Assembly (NCBI RefSeq): GCF_036321535.1
Contig: NC_087436.1
Span: forward strand, 20,152,001 to 20,216,000
Source: Camelus dromedarius
Taxonomy: Eukaryota
Reading direction: 5' to 3'
DNA: 64,000 nucleotides
The notes under the pieces: generated by a model
Told to the model about the DNA's origin: nothing
Seen by the model: the letters and a program-made list of their open reading frames with translations, nothing else
Databases searched by the model: none
Shown here: positions 52,880 to 64,000 of the stretch, piece by piece
Numbering within the stretch: position 1 is the stretch's first letter
How the letters are laid out: each line of letters begins with the position of its first letter
Translations under genes and position numbers: made by a program

Positions 52880-54560
52880 CACGACAACGATGCTTTCTCG
52901 GGAGCTGGTTCTGAGACGCGCCTCAATTTTCCGAAGGGACGCGCCTTACTGGGGGGTCCAGCAAAGCGCATGTAAAAATCGTCCGCGCCTCCAAATAAAC
53001 AAAAGCCGCAGCTACTGTAGTTGTAAGATCCGGCAGGCGTCTGTTCCTCCTCCCTTCCCAAACTACATCAAGGAAACGCTCTCCCGGGAAGCCTTCATAT
53101 ACATTAAGCAACTAGAAAAACAAGCCCATGTCTGTCTCTCTCACACCCACCACCCCCACCTTGCTGCAGAAACAACCCCGAGAAACACTAACAAAGACAG
53201 GGCGCCGAGTAAATGAACAGTTGTTCAGCAGCGAACTCACAAATACACATGCAGTGAGGCAATCGAATCCGGGAAAGGGAAAGGAATGAGAGGACACTTG
53301 GGGAGACTCAGGGGGTGTAGGCGGAAGAGAGAAAGAAAGAAAATTACGCGCCGCCGCCGCCAAACCTTTGAATAAATTAGAGGGAATTTCGGTGCGAACT
53401 TTCCTTGACCTCGACCCCCAAGAGGCTGGTGAGGGGCAGAGGAGGGAACCCGTCCCGGACGCGGAGGGACCCAGGGCACCGGGCGTCCGCCTCGCGGCAG
53501 CGCAGCTCCGTGAGAAGGGCAGCGCCCGCGGCCGCCCCCCGACTCCCACACGGGTCGCCCGGGCTGGCGTGGGACACAATGGGCCCGCGGGCCGCGCCGA
53601 CGGCCCAGGCCCGGCTGCAGGAAGGGAAAGGGAAACGGGCGGCCGGCGGCTGGCGGAGGGGGAGGGTGGCCGCGGGCAGGGCCCGGGCGGAGGAACGCGG
53701 CTTCCCGGCCCACAGACCCAACAAAGACGCGGGGACACCCCGGCCGAGGCCGGCCCGGCTGGCCGGGCGCGAGGAGAGGAGGAAGTGGCAGGTTTGCTCC
53801 GCTGACCCGCCGGGAGGCGCCATCATTGGGGGGGGGGGGGTCCCGGGTCCGCCCCACGCGGGGAAGACCCCCTTACCGCCGCAGCCCTCGCCAACGGTCC
53901 CGCACGATCGCGGCCACCCGGCCCGCCCGCCCCAGCCCGAGGCGGCGGCGGCGGCACTGGAAAGCCCGGGGCGCCTAGGGGAGGGCGGGGACGCGGCGGA
54001 GGGGAAAGTTGGGTTCGGGTCTGTTTCGTTTTACCGGGTTGGCTGCACGCCCGTCCGCGCGGGCGCACGAGTTGGCAGGGCGAGCGGGGTCCCCGTGCGG
54101 CCCCGGTCAGGCCGGCCGAACGCTGCGCGGCGCTGCGCTCGCAGGGTCCCTCCCCGCGCCTCGGCCCGGGCTCAGCCGCTCGGCCTCTCCTTCCTCCTCC
54201 CGCCCTCCCGTTCGCTCGCTCGCTCGCTCGGTCGCTCCCGGAGCCTGGATTGATCTGGTCGCGCTGGCGTCAAGGAGTCGGAGCCACCCAGCCTCCACTC
54301 CTCGGCTGCCAATACCCGGCGCACTCGCCCGCCCGCCTGCTCGCTCGCTCACACGCGCACCCGCGCGCCGCCGCCGCCGCCGCAGCCGCCGCCGCCGCCG
54401 CCGCTGACGCGCGACCAGGGATCCTCTCCAAATTCCCGGCCCCGCCGGCGCGAGCGCGGGGCCGGCGCCGCCTCCCCCGACCCCAGCCCCACGCCCTCTG
54501 ATTCCAAAGAGAAAACACAACGGCCCCTGCCTCCTCTAGTCGCGGGGGAGCGGACTCAGT
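52880..54560 (-). promoter_or_regulatory. SMAD1: CpG island / SMAD1 promoter and non-coding first exon region
   Basis: Very GC- and CpG-rich ~1.7 kb with GC boxes, CCAAT (54309-54313), half-CRE motifs and several minus-strand splice donors. It is the only CpG island upstream of the MH1 exon. The exact TSS cannot be read from sequence. Confidence 0.9.
54367..54405. repeat. (GCC)5 GCA (GCC)6 GCT trinucleotide repeat
   Basis: Read directly from the sequence, inside the CpG island. Confidence 0.95.
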
Positions 54561-55456
54561 GCCTTACCTGCAAGTGAATTTCTGAGTTCAGTGTTTATTT
54601 TCTGAAATGTTCATCCACACGTCCACCGCGCCCACTGAACCGCGCTATAAACGTGTAGTGCATTTTTGACGATTACCTTGCCCCAATAATTTGCAAGCCC
54701 CAGAAGTTTCACGTACCCAGAATTGGAAAGCCTAGTAACTACTGCGTGTGCTTCTACCAAACCCTGAATCAATACGTGTGTTTTACGCCAATTCGGGAGC
54801 TAATGATTCCAGTAGGTAACCTCGTTGCTCCAAATGACAAATGCCACAATAGACTTCTAAATTTTTTGATCCAGTTTCTACAATCTTTTAAGTGACACCA
54901 ATCTCTCAAAATGAAGACAAACTGGCTCCCATCTACCTGATCTGCATAGATATTGAAAATATCTTTATAAGATTTAATTTTTCTCTTGGCCAGCTCTCTG
55001 GAAGCTGGCATGAAATCTTGGATAATTACCATAATGTTGAGTTATGTTTAGAGGCAAATAATTATTCTGAGGAATTAATTTCCCAGGTACCAAAAAAACC
55101 ATTACCACCAATATTTTTTTAAATCAATGGTCCTCTCCAATTGTTCAAGTATGTTTACGAGACTACAGTCTATTTCAAATTCTTATTTATTAACTATTTT
55201 ATTATTTCTGCATTCCAAAGGAAATGAAAGTCTCGCCAAATACATAAAATACTGTTTATAGATAAATCAGACTATTTCTGTTAATATCTTCATTAAATTA
55301 TTTGAGCACTTACAGGTCAGCTCTTGGTCCTCATCTTATTTTCCCTAAAAGCAGCATTTGACATAGTTAATTCCTTCTCACCTCCTCAGAACAACAGCTG
55401 GAGTGAGCCTTGTTAAATGCCACTGTAATCAGGTCACTCCTCTGCTCAAACCCTCT

Positions 55457-56020
55457 CTATGATAAACAGAATGTGCTATATCCATACAATGGAACATTAT
55501 TTAATCATAAAAAGGAATGAAGTACTGGCCCATGCTACATGGATGAAATTTGAAAACACTATGCTAAGTGAAAGAAGCCAGACACAAAAGACCACAATTG
55601 TATACTTCCATTTATATAAAATATCAAGGGGGGAGGGTATAGCTCAGTGTCCGAATGAGTGCTTAGCATGTGCAAGGTCCTAGGTTCAATCCCCAGTACC
55701 TCCATTAAGAAAGTAATGAATTAATCAAAAAAAATATTTTTTTAAATAAACTATCCAGAATAGGCAAACCTATAGAGACAGTAGAATGGTGGTTGCCTAT
55801 GTTTGGGAGAATGGGGAGGTTGGGGGCTAGGGGCAGTGATAGCTGAAGGTTATGGGGTTTCTTTTGGGGGGTAACAAAAATGTTCTAAAATTAGTTTGTG
55901 GTGACGGTGTCACAACTCCGTGAGTATACTAGAACCCATTGAATCATACACTGTAAATGGACAAATTATATGGCATGTGAATTACATTTCAATAAAGCTG
56001 TTTATATAAAAAAAAAAAAA
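55457..56020 (+). mobile_element. L1MB-like 3' end, interrupted by a SINE
   Basis: ATCCATACAATGGAACATTAT...ATGCTAAGTGAAAGAAGCCAGACACAAAAG...AATAAAGCTG plus poly-A. Confidence 0.85.
55628..55745 (+). mobile_element. Vic-1-like SINE inserted in L1
   Basis: GGGGGGAGGGTATAGCTCAGTG...GGTTCAATCCCCAGTACCTCCATT. Degenerate TSD ATAAAATATCAAG / ATAAACTATCCAG. Confidence 0.88.
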
Positions 56021-56309
56021 GCATGACAGCTAATCCTTGATTGGATCCTGGATTGGAGAGAAAAACTACAAAAAGACATAGAACTGTTAATTTTTTTAAC
56101 CTATAGATGACCTTTCTCAGCACTGTCCTAGTAGCCCCAAGTGATAATTACTAATACTATGAATTCTATGAAATTTGATTTTTCCCCTTGTGCAAGCTAT
56201 TTCTTTAAATGGTAATAGAAAATTAGACAAATAAAAGGACATTATTGGGGCAGTTGTGAAAACTTGAATGTAGTTGCATATTAATATCACTGTATCCAAA
56301 AAACCCTTC

Positions 56310-58030
56310 CTTGGCTCCCTATCTCACTCAAAATAAAAATTCTCACAATGTGTACAAGACCCTGTGTGAATGTTCCTTCCCACCTTACCTCTCTGACCTG
56401 GTCTCCTACTCCCTTCCTTGCTCAGTTCCTCAAGTCACCGTGGTGCCTGAAAAGTCCTGGAACCACCAGAGCACACTCCCACCTCAGGACCTTTGTACCT
56501 GCTGTTTCCTCCCTGGAAAGCCCTTCCTGAAGACGCCCACATGGGCCTCTCCCCGGCCTCCCTCAGTCTTTACTCAAATGTTCCTCTCTTGATGAGGCCT
56601 CCTCTGGCCACTGTATCTAAAATTTCACCCCCTCACACACACCACATCCCACCCAAATGCACACATTTTATGTTCTCTTTCTCTGCTTGGCATGGATGTT
56701 ATGTTTATGAAACCTAATTTGTCGTGATCCATTCCAATCTATAGTTAAAATATTTTGTAGGCAACTCAGAACACAGCTCTTTTGAAAGTACTGGACACTT
56801 TTAGATAAGAATTAAAAGCAACATATGTAACTGGAAAAAAAAAAAAAAAGTCCCACCTATTTCCTTCCTTCACTGAAACAGCAGGTTTTTTTGGTCTGTT
56901 CAGTGCATAGCTGTACTCTCAGGGTCTGGAGCAGTGTCCCGCACCTGTTGAATGAATGAATGAGTGAAAGAATCAATTAAGCATCCAAGTTAGAGGGGAT
57001 ATGGTGCAAACCAAACAGATACAAATCCCTGCTCTCACTGAGGAAGTCGAATAATGAATAAATGCATGAAGATGTCAGGTGGTGGTATATGGGGTGGAAG
57101 CCGAAGGGTAAGAGGGGTTGGGAGTAGGGGAGGCTGCTGTTTCTCTAGGGGTATGGAAAACCTCACTGACAAGAAGTCCTAAAGGAAGAGAAAGCACCAC
57201 GTGATCTGGGGGAGATTTCCAACCTCCCAAGCAGAGGAGAGAGCAAGTGCAAAGATCCTGAGGCTGAGTCTTCTTCCCTTCTTCACAGAAGAGCCAGGAG
57301 CCAGTGCACTGACCAGGGAAAAGGTAGCCCAGGAGGGAAGGTGGAGTGTGTGGACCCAGATGCACGTGGGCTTGTGGCTGTGGAGAGAAGAACATGGGGA
57401 CATCCTCTTCTCTCTGCTTCTCTTATCTTGGTGAGATAGCCATGGACCCTACCTCCTGAGAATGGTGAGGGTGGAAGAAATGTTAGAGGTCTAAAGAGAG
57501 AAGCCAATATGAGATAGTTCTCTTTTGGGAGAGTTTGAGAGTAAATGAACTCCAGAAATGTGGTGGGATGGCCAGGCAGCGCTAGTAAGTGCCCATTGAT
57601 GTTAATGGTCATGACTTTAAAGCAAGACCAGTCAGCATGGCTATGGATTTCTCTCTAGCCTCAGTCAGCCTAAGGGGACAGAGCTGGGGTATTGCAGCTG
57701 GGTGTGATGGAGGGAAAGAGGATCTGAGAGTGGAGCGGGTACGCAAGAGAGTGTCTGTGTAGGACTGTGATAAAGAGGGAGGTGAGGACACAGAAGAATG
57801 TGATGACAATGGAAAGGTGAGAAGATCGAAGGTCCCAGTGGGGTCCAAGCAGTGCTGGAACTGGAGACCACTCCCCAAAGCTGGGGACCAGTCTGAGAAT
57901 GGGATGCTGGAGATTGAAATCATGGAGCTGGGATGGTTTGGGACAATGCCAAGACCTAGCAGTGGATGGGCTGAGCTAGGGAGGAGGACAAGATCCCCAG
58001 AGAAAAGGAAGTATCAAGGAACTGAAGGCA
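56310..58030. mobile_element. Degraded L2 fragments in both orientations
   Basis: CCACCTCAGGACCTTTGTACCTGCTGTTTCC, the GTTGAATGAATGAATGA L2 tail, and a purine-rich antisense L2 body. Confidence 0.65.
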
Positions 58031-58305
58031 AATTAATTAAGCTATTTAACCAGTTTGTGCCCACCCCCAAATCAATTACTAATCATTTACAGTAAGGCCA
58101 GCCCTTAAAATTGGCTGCAAATTTTATATATGCAAAATATGCACCCAAAAACTTATTTTAAGAGATACTTCTACTCAATAGAAAAATAAATGCAGTGTCG
58201 AATTTCTATAACAGCTCCTTAAGTGTTCCACTTAAGAATTTAAGTGGAACGAGCCCACCAGGGATCACTGGAGTGGTATTCTTCACATTATAAAGGGATG
58301 TCCCA

Positions 58306-58575
58306 AACTTATGGTTACCAGGTGGGAAAGGGGGTGGGGAGGGATAAATTGAGAGTTCGGGGTTTGTAGATATACACTACTGTATATAAAATAAGCAACA
58401 AGTTCTTTCTGTACAGCCCAGGGAACCATATTCAATACCACATAATGGCCTATAATGAAAAAGAATATGAAAGGGATGTATATGTGTATCTGTATAAATG
58501 ATACAGCAGAAATTAACACAATATTGTAAATTGACTGTACATCAGTCAATCAATATTAAAAATAAATAAAAATGA
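58306..58575 (+). mobile_element. L1 3' end (younger type), followed by an older L1MB-like 3' end at ~58590-58767
   Basis: AAACTTATGGTTACCAGG...GGGATAAATTGAGAGTTCGGG...A-rich tail, flanked by AAAGGGATGT repeats. Confidence 0.87.
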
Positions 58576-61384
58576 AAAGGGATGTTCCTTCTACTTGTAT
58601 CTATATGAGATGATGGATTTTCACTAAACTTATCGTGGTCATGATGTGTGTAAGTCGAGTCATTACGCTGTAAAACTGAAACTTACACAGTGCTAGATGT
58701 CAATTATATCTCCATGAAACTAGAAGGAAAAAAGACAGAAAGCAAAAGAAAGAGAGAAAGAAAGAAAAAAGGATGCTCCAGTGAAAACTCTGTGTGTGTG
58801 GGGGGGGTGATTATGAATTTTTGATGTTGAAATCCTTTTATTCTCTCATCATACCCTTTCCTCCAGAAAATCTGGAACTATTTGCAGTTATAAGTGTATT
58901 TAGGCATGCTGTTGGTATTTGTGGGAAGACCTTATCAGCCTTCTAAGTAGCATGAAGGTGGGTACTCTACCTCGCTTGTTTCCCACCACATGCCCAAAGT
59001 TCGCACGGATCTATCATCGCAGACGCTCAGATATTTGCTGAAGGAAGAAATCTCTAATAGAACAGCTGTAAAAATGCCAACTGGTGTCTTTCGTAAAGGA
59101 GAGCATGCTTCACAGTAATGATTCTATCTCGTGATTTTCCTTTCTCTCAAATCTGAATTTTAGATCTAATTATACATTCTAGGAATTTGGGAAAAAAAGT
59201 TGTTAGCCCTTTTTATAAGAGTCTCAAAACAGTCTGTACACTGTGAAAGTTCTATGTGAAAATTTGATGATAACTCTTATGGTGACAGTAGAATTTTAAA
59301 TGAATTTCCAGTTTCTGAAGTTTATGGAGCATTCTATAATCCTTGCTTAGAATTATTCTCTGAGACCACACTTCCAGTTGGGGTCAGGTAGTATTTGTAG
59401 CATCTAGACACAGGCCTTTGAGGACTATTCCTTCCTCCATTTTCCTGCTGCACAAAACTGCAATGTTGTTATCCCCCAAAAAACTCACAGTGAATATTAA
59501 ATCTACCGAACTCCTAAATTGTCCTAAGTCGACAACAATCTCTGCTTATCTGACCCCTATTAATCGACTGTCATTAACAAAGATCGATTCCTGATTTTCT
59601 GAGTTTACTACCTACTGTTCAAACTGTTGTTTCCAAATTCACCGAACAACTTTTCAGCCCCCTAATTTGTGCCAAGAATGGCTCTGCACTAAACTGCTGA
59701 ACTGTTACGTCTACTTGCCAGTGAAATCATATGGGAGAACTTTCCATGGGTTCATTCCTTCCATGAGATACTCACATCCTTCTCGAAACTCTCATGTCCT
59801 TCCTTTCCCACGCCTCCAGTTACTTTGATCTCGTGCCTAGACCTCTAGAGTAATCCCCCAACTCTCCTCCAGGCCTCAGGTGACCCTCGCATCTTTCTCG
59901 TTGCTGAAATAATCTCCCAAGGGAAGTGGCTTGATCATGTCCTTCCCTTGCTCAGAAAAGTTCAATGGCTTAGCAGTGCCTCCCACTAAACTTCTAAACC
60001 TCAAGGCCTGATACCCAATGTTCTCAAAGTCTGACCCTGACTCACACTTCCTGCCTGGTCTCCTTCATACTCTCACACAAATGCTGGTAAATTTGCAACG
60101 ATATTCCCCCCAAAGCACTGAAATGTTATATCCTGCATTCATACTTGGTGTAGCATCCCAGCAGCTCCAGTTTTCAAAATGCCACCTATTCTTTAAGGTC
60201 CAACACTATCTCCTAAATGTTAAACAAACGAACAAACAAAATGACTTTTTAAAGTTGGGGTGGATGAGTCTCTGGAGCTCAAAATTCTCATTTTAACAAA
60301 TGAGGGAAATGAAAAGTAATTTGACCAAGGTCAAATAACTAGTAAATGTCAGAATCAGTCCAACTCCAGGTCTGATCATAAGCCAGAGTCATCTCTTCTC
60401 TATCCCCAAGCCCCATCCCTAGGCCTTCTCTGCTCCTTCCCCCTTGCTGTGCCCCGTATATTTGGTTTGTAGCTATTACATGTCAAATATCGCTCATCCT
60501 TTGGCGCATTAATTACATATCATGAGGCACCATAAGTACATTGTAGAGATGGGTGAATAATGACTAGCCTTCTCTCCCACCAAAAAAAAAAAAAAAAAAA
60601 AGCTAGTTTTTTTTCTCGTCACTAATCCAATATGTTGGCACAAATCTCACTAAAAAAAGCCTCATCCCAGTGTGGCTCTGTACCAAACTCATGATAGCTG
60701 GATTTTACTAAGCATTTATCTGGTACAATGCTAATCACTTGGGAGGTATCATGTCCTCACAGCCTCAGAACCTCCCTATGAGATTGATGCTGGTGCCTTC
60801 ATCTGCTGGTAATATCAGTACCTATTATACAGGGTTTATGGGGAAAATGAGCATGATATTAGTAGCCAACTCGTATTTAGTGCTTACTATTTGCCAGGCA
60901 TTGTTTTGAGCACCGAACATATATGTTATTATATATTTTACTAACTCTTTTATCCTTCAAAACAACCCTATGCTATAGCTATTGTTATCTCCATTTTACA
61001 GATAAGAATGAAGCACCAAGATGGGAAGTGACTTACCCAAGGTCACGCAGCTGGCATGCTGATGCCTCTACAGTGCATCTGGTGCACAGTGTCTGGTACA
61101 TTGTATGTATTCAGTAAAGGTAGCCAGTATTCTCACTGAATGTTCACAGTGCTGTGCTGAGAATACAATTTCTGCCTCCAAAGTCAAGTATTTTAGGTAG
61201 AGTCATTCCAACAAAGCATTTAGTGGATGGGTCAGTTTTTGAAAGTTTTAGTGACTATATGAGTTCCAGAAAAAATTCTCAAACTCTTTTGTTTCTGGTA
61301 GTAATTTCTTTTCACTAGGGCTGCATGCATTGGCAAGTTTGCCCAAGGTGAAAATTGCCTTTGGTCTCCTTTAACACAAAACCT

Positions 61385-61810
61385 AAATGACAATGGCATA
61401 AGCAATAGAAAAATATATTTTATTTCTTGTAAAGAAAAGATCAGAAATAGGAATTCCAGAGGTGGTGAGGCAACTCGAAGATGTCAGGGCCAAGGTCTCT
61501 GTGATTTCCTTGTCCTCTCCCTTACTGTTGATTATAAAATGGCTGCTGCAGCTCCAGTCATCATGTCTGCTTTCCAGGCAGAAAAAAGAAAAGGATAAGG
61601 ACAAAAGGGGTGAACTGAGTCTGAAGCTCCTTTAAGGAACATACCACTAGCACCACCATCTGCGGCAGGCCACCACTGTCACAATGACATGTGCCTACTT
61701 CTCATCAGCAAATACTGTCTTATGCATCTCCTATTTGCAAGAATGACTGGGAAGCGCCTTTCTTTTTTTTTTAATCTTAGGAAATTGCCAGTGCAACAGA
61801 ATGGGATGTC
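61385..61810 (-). mobile_element. Old MLT1 (I/J-like) LTR relic
   Basis: AAAATGGCTGCTGCAGCTCCAGTCATCATGTCTGCTTTCCAGGCAG motif. Confidence 0.65.
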
Positions 61811-61839
61811 TGCTCGTGATGAAGAAGACAATGACTGCA

Positions 61840-62031
61840 GTGCTGTACTCCAAATGGCTCACTCTGGCTTGTGAGAGCCTATGGTTACATGTCCACGTTT
61901 TTTGGCAGCCTGAAAATGGTCACAGCGGGAACATTTACACCACAATAATTGGCAAACACCAACAACTAAAGTGTTTTTTTTTTTTTTTTTTTTTTGAGAG
62001 AGCCAGTTGTTAGACTTACCAGCACACCATT
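61840..62031 (-). mobile_element. MER63-like hAT element
   Basis: Terminus GAGAGCCAGTTGTTAGACTTACCAGCACACCATTG. Confidence 0.65.
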
Positions 62032-62355
62032 GAATATTGGATAGGTAGCCAGAAATCCCTGCCACAGAAGGCTTTTCATCTTCCTTGTTACATTTATCAC
62101 TTATATGTGCCCATAATAGTTGAGGCTTGTGAACACTTAGGCAGGTAATCTTTTGATGTACTGGTATATTAATTATCCCTCTCTCGTTAGTCCATAAAGA
62201 GACATATTTATTTATACTGGGTTTTAGAATTTCCCCAGAGATTGTACAAGTTGCTCTTTAGTATTAAGTTAGGGATGTCATGAAACAGTTGTAAATTTCT
62301 GTTCTAGAACTTGAAAAAGTTTTAGGTAAAAATATTTTGTTCTGGTAAGACTCTT

Positions 62356-62484
62356 TTTTTTAAATTATTTTTTGGGGTGGGGTGGGGTAGGTAATTAGTT
62401 TATTTCTTAATGGAGGTACTGGGGATTGAACCCAGGACCTTCTGATGTTAAGTACACACTCTACCACTGAGCTGTCCCCTCCCC
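62356..62484 (-). mobile_element. Vic-1-like SINE (long-tail form)
   Basis: GGAGGTACTGGGGATTGAACCCAGGACC...CTCTACCACTGAGCT. TSD TGGTAAGACTCTT (62343-62355) / TGGTATGACTCTT (62487-62499). Confidence 0.9.
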
Positions 62485-62621
62485 TTTGGTATGACTCTTA
62501 TATGTGCAGAAACAGCAGTTATGTTTTGTATTTGAGGCAATTGTTATATCAAGCTGTTGCTAAGACAGACCAGCCTTTCTAAGATAAGGTGTAACTTTAC
62601 TGAAATATAAAAACTTCTTTG

Positions 62622-62870
62622 GCGGGGGGGGAGGGATAGATTAGGAGTTTGGGATTAATAGATAAACATTACTATATATAAAATCAATAAAGACAAGGAT
62701 CTACTGTAGAACACAGGGAACTATTTTCAATTTATTGTCATTAGCTATAATGGAAAATAATCTGAAAAAATATGTATGTATGTATATGTATAACTGAATC
62801 ACTTTGCTGTACACATGAAACTAATATTGTAAATCGACCACACTTCAATAAAAAATAAGAATTAAAAAAA
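62622..62870 (+). mobile_element. L1 3' end (younger type)
   Basis: GGGAGGGATAGATTAGGAGTTTGGGATT...AACTGAATCACTTTGCTGTACAC...A tail, with TSD-like AAAA(C)TTCTTT. Confidence 0.88.
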
Positions 62871-64000
62871 ATTCTTTAAAATAATTTCTTCTTCCAAACT
62901 TTATTCCTAGGAAAAGAAGAAAGTGGAACATTTTCTTCTCCTGATTATAAGGAGGAACTAATGGTTCTTCACTCTTAAGGAGGAGAGTCCTAGGTAGATC
63001 TTTTTTGATTTCTTCCGAACACAACCAGGCACTTAAAAACCCAGCACTGTTAAGAACAAAGAATGCCTTCCCTTTGATTTAGAGGGAGGGAATAAGAAAA
63101 AAATGATTTCAGGAGCTGAGCCAGGAACTGAAAAGTAAATCTCAAGGGCTTATAAACATGACCTCACCTAAGGGGTTTTGCCTCCAAAATAGGGTATTTA
63201 GAAATGAGTGCTAGAAATAAAGTCACATATAAATCTGAGTTGCCAAATGTATCCTTAGATTTTTCTTTTTCTTTTTCTCGTGATAAACTGACAAGACTGA
63301 CAAAGAGAAGCCTTTGAAATTTTGCACTGAACTTTCCTTTAACTTTTTATTTCTTTGGATAATATCTTTTATGACCTGAATTTTTAGTGTTGTTTTGTGA
63401 CCTTTAAAATTCATTGTATAAATATAGTAAATCCTTTGTCCAAAAGATATTTCTTTAAAAAAATCTTGCTTTGCATGATTTACTTTAGCTAATGTCATCT
63501 AATTAGCAGTGGTGATAAAAATCTCTCTTGGAAATAAAAGCACTGATTAGCAGCGATTGATCTCTAAGGCTTGGGCTTCCAACTGAATCAGTCTCACTTG
63601 AGGCACTGCCTGTTTGGGGGGGTTAGAGGATGGTTGATAAATAACACTTACTTCGTCTCCTGAATATAGAGACAAATAATAACCAAACCCAGAACTCAGG
63701 CAGAAGGAACTCCAAACATCACCTTTATTATCTATAAAGTAGATCAGAATATTTAGCCATAGGTCTGTGACCAAATTAGCTTGCTAATACTTTACCTCCA
63801 AATTAGAAAGTCTAGGCACTAGCACAGGCTGCAATTTATTTGTACAGCCGTCGATGAAAAGGGTCACTGGCTCACAGAGAACACCCTTCTCCTGGTTTCC
63901 TAAAAGATTCTTCCCCCTCTACATTAGCATATACCCTGTGTTATCTCATCTTTCAAAAGAAAAGCTAACGTTGCACTTTTCCACTTGAGACAGGTGATTG

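Noticed and set aside
53201..54469. GGCGCC sites (53201, 53816, 53970, 54464) as BMP-response autoregulatory elements
   Set aside because: Expected by chance in a CpG island, and I saw no GTCT/AGAC at the canonical 5-bp spacing.
53112..54520. Many long overlapping ORFs (up to 282 aa) in the CpG island
   Set aside because: Low-complexity Arg/Pro/Gly/Ala translations in all frames, as expected from stop-codon scarcity in GC-rich DNA; no recognisable domain.

Overview
Mammalian genomic DNA carrying the 5' two-thirds of SMAD1 on the minus strand. The CpG-island promoter with candidate non-coding first exon(s) lies at ~52.9-54.6 kb. The first coding exon (MH1 domain) spans 29326-28751 with the ATG at 29150; two linker exons lie at 3684-3427 and 938-822. 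All three have canonical GT-AG sites and splice in frame. The MH2 exons lie beyond the left edge of the window. The rest is intron or upstream DNA rich in L1, L2, MIR, MLT/MER LTR and DNA-transposon relics. Seven tRNA-derived SINEs resemble the camelid Vic-1 family, which suggests a camelid genome (inference). I found no convincing novel biological system. The best leads are a NAGNAG acceptor before the PY-motif exon, uORFs with alternative acceptors in the 5'UTR, several alternative first-exon donors, an RCGTG cluster with a divergent TATA upstream, and several informative retrotransposition structures. Repeat family names come from recalled consensus sequences, not a database search, and repeat boundaries are approximate.
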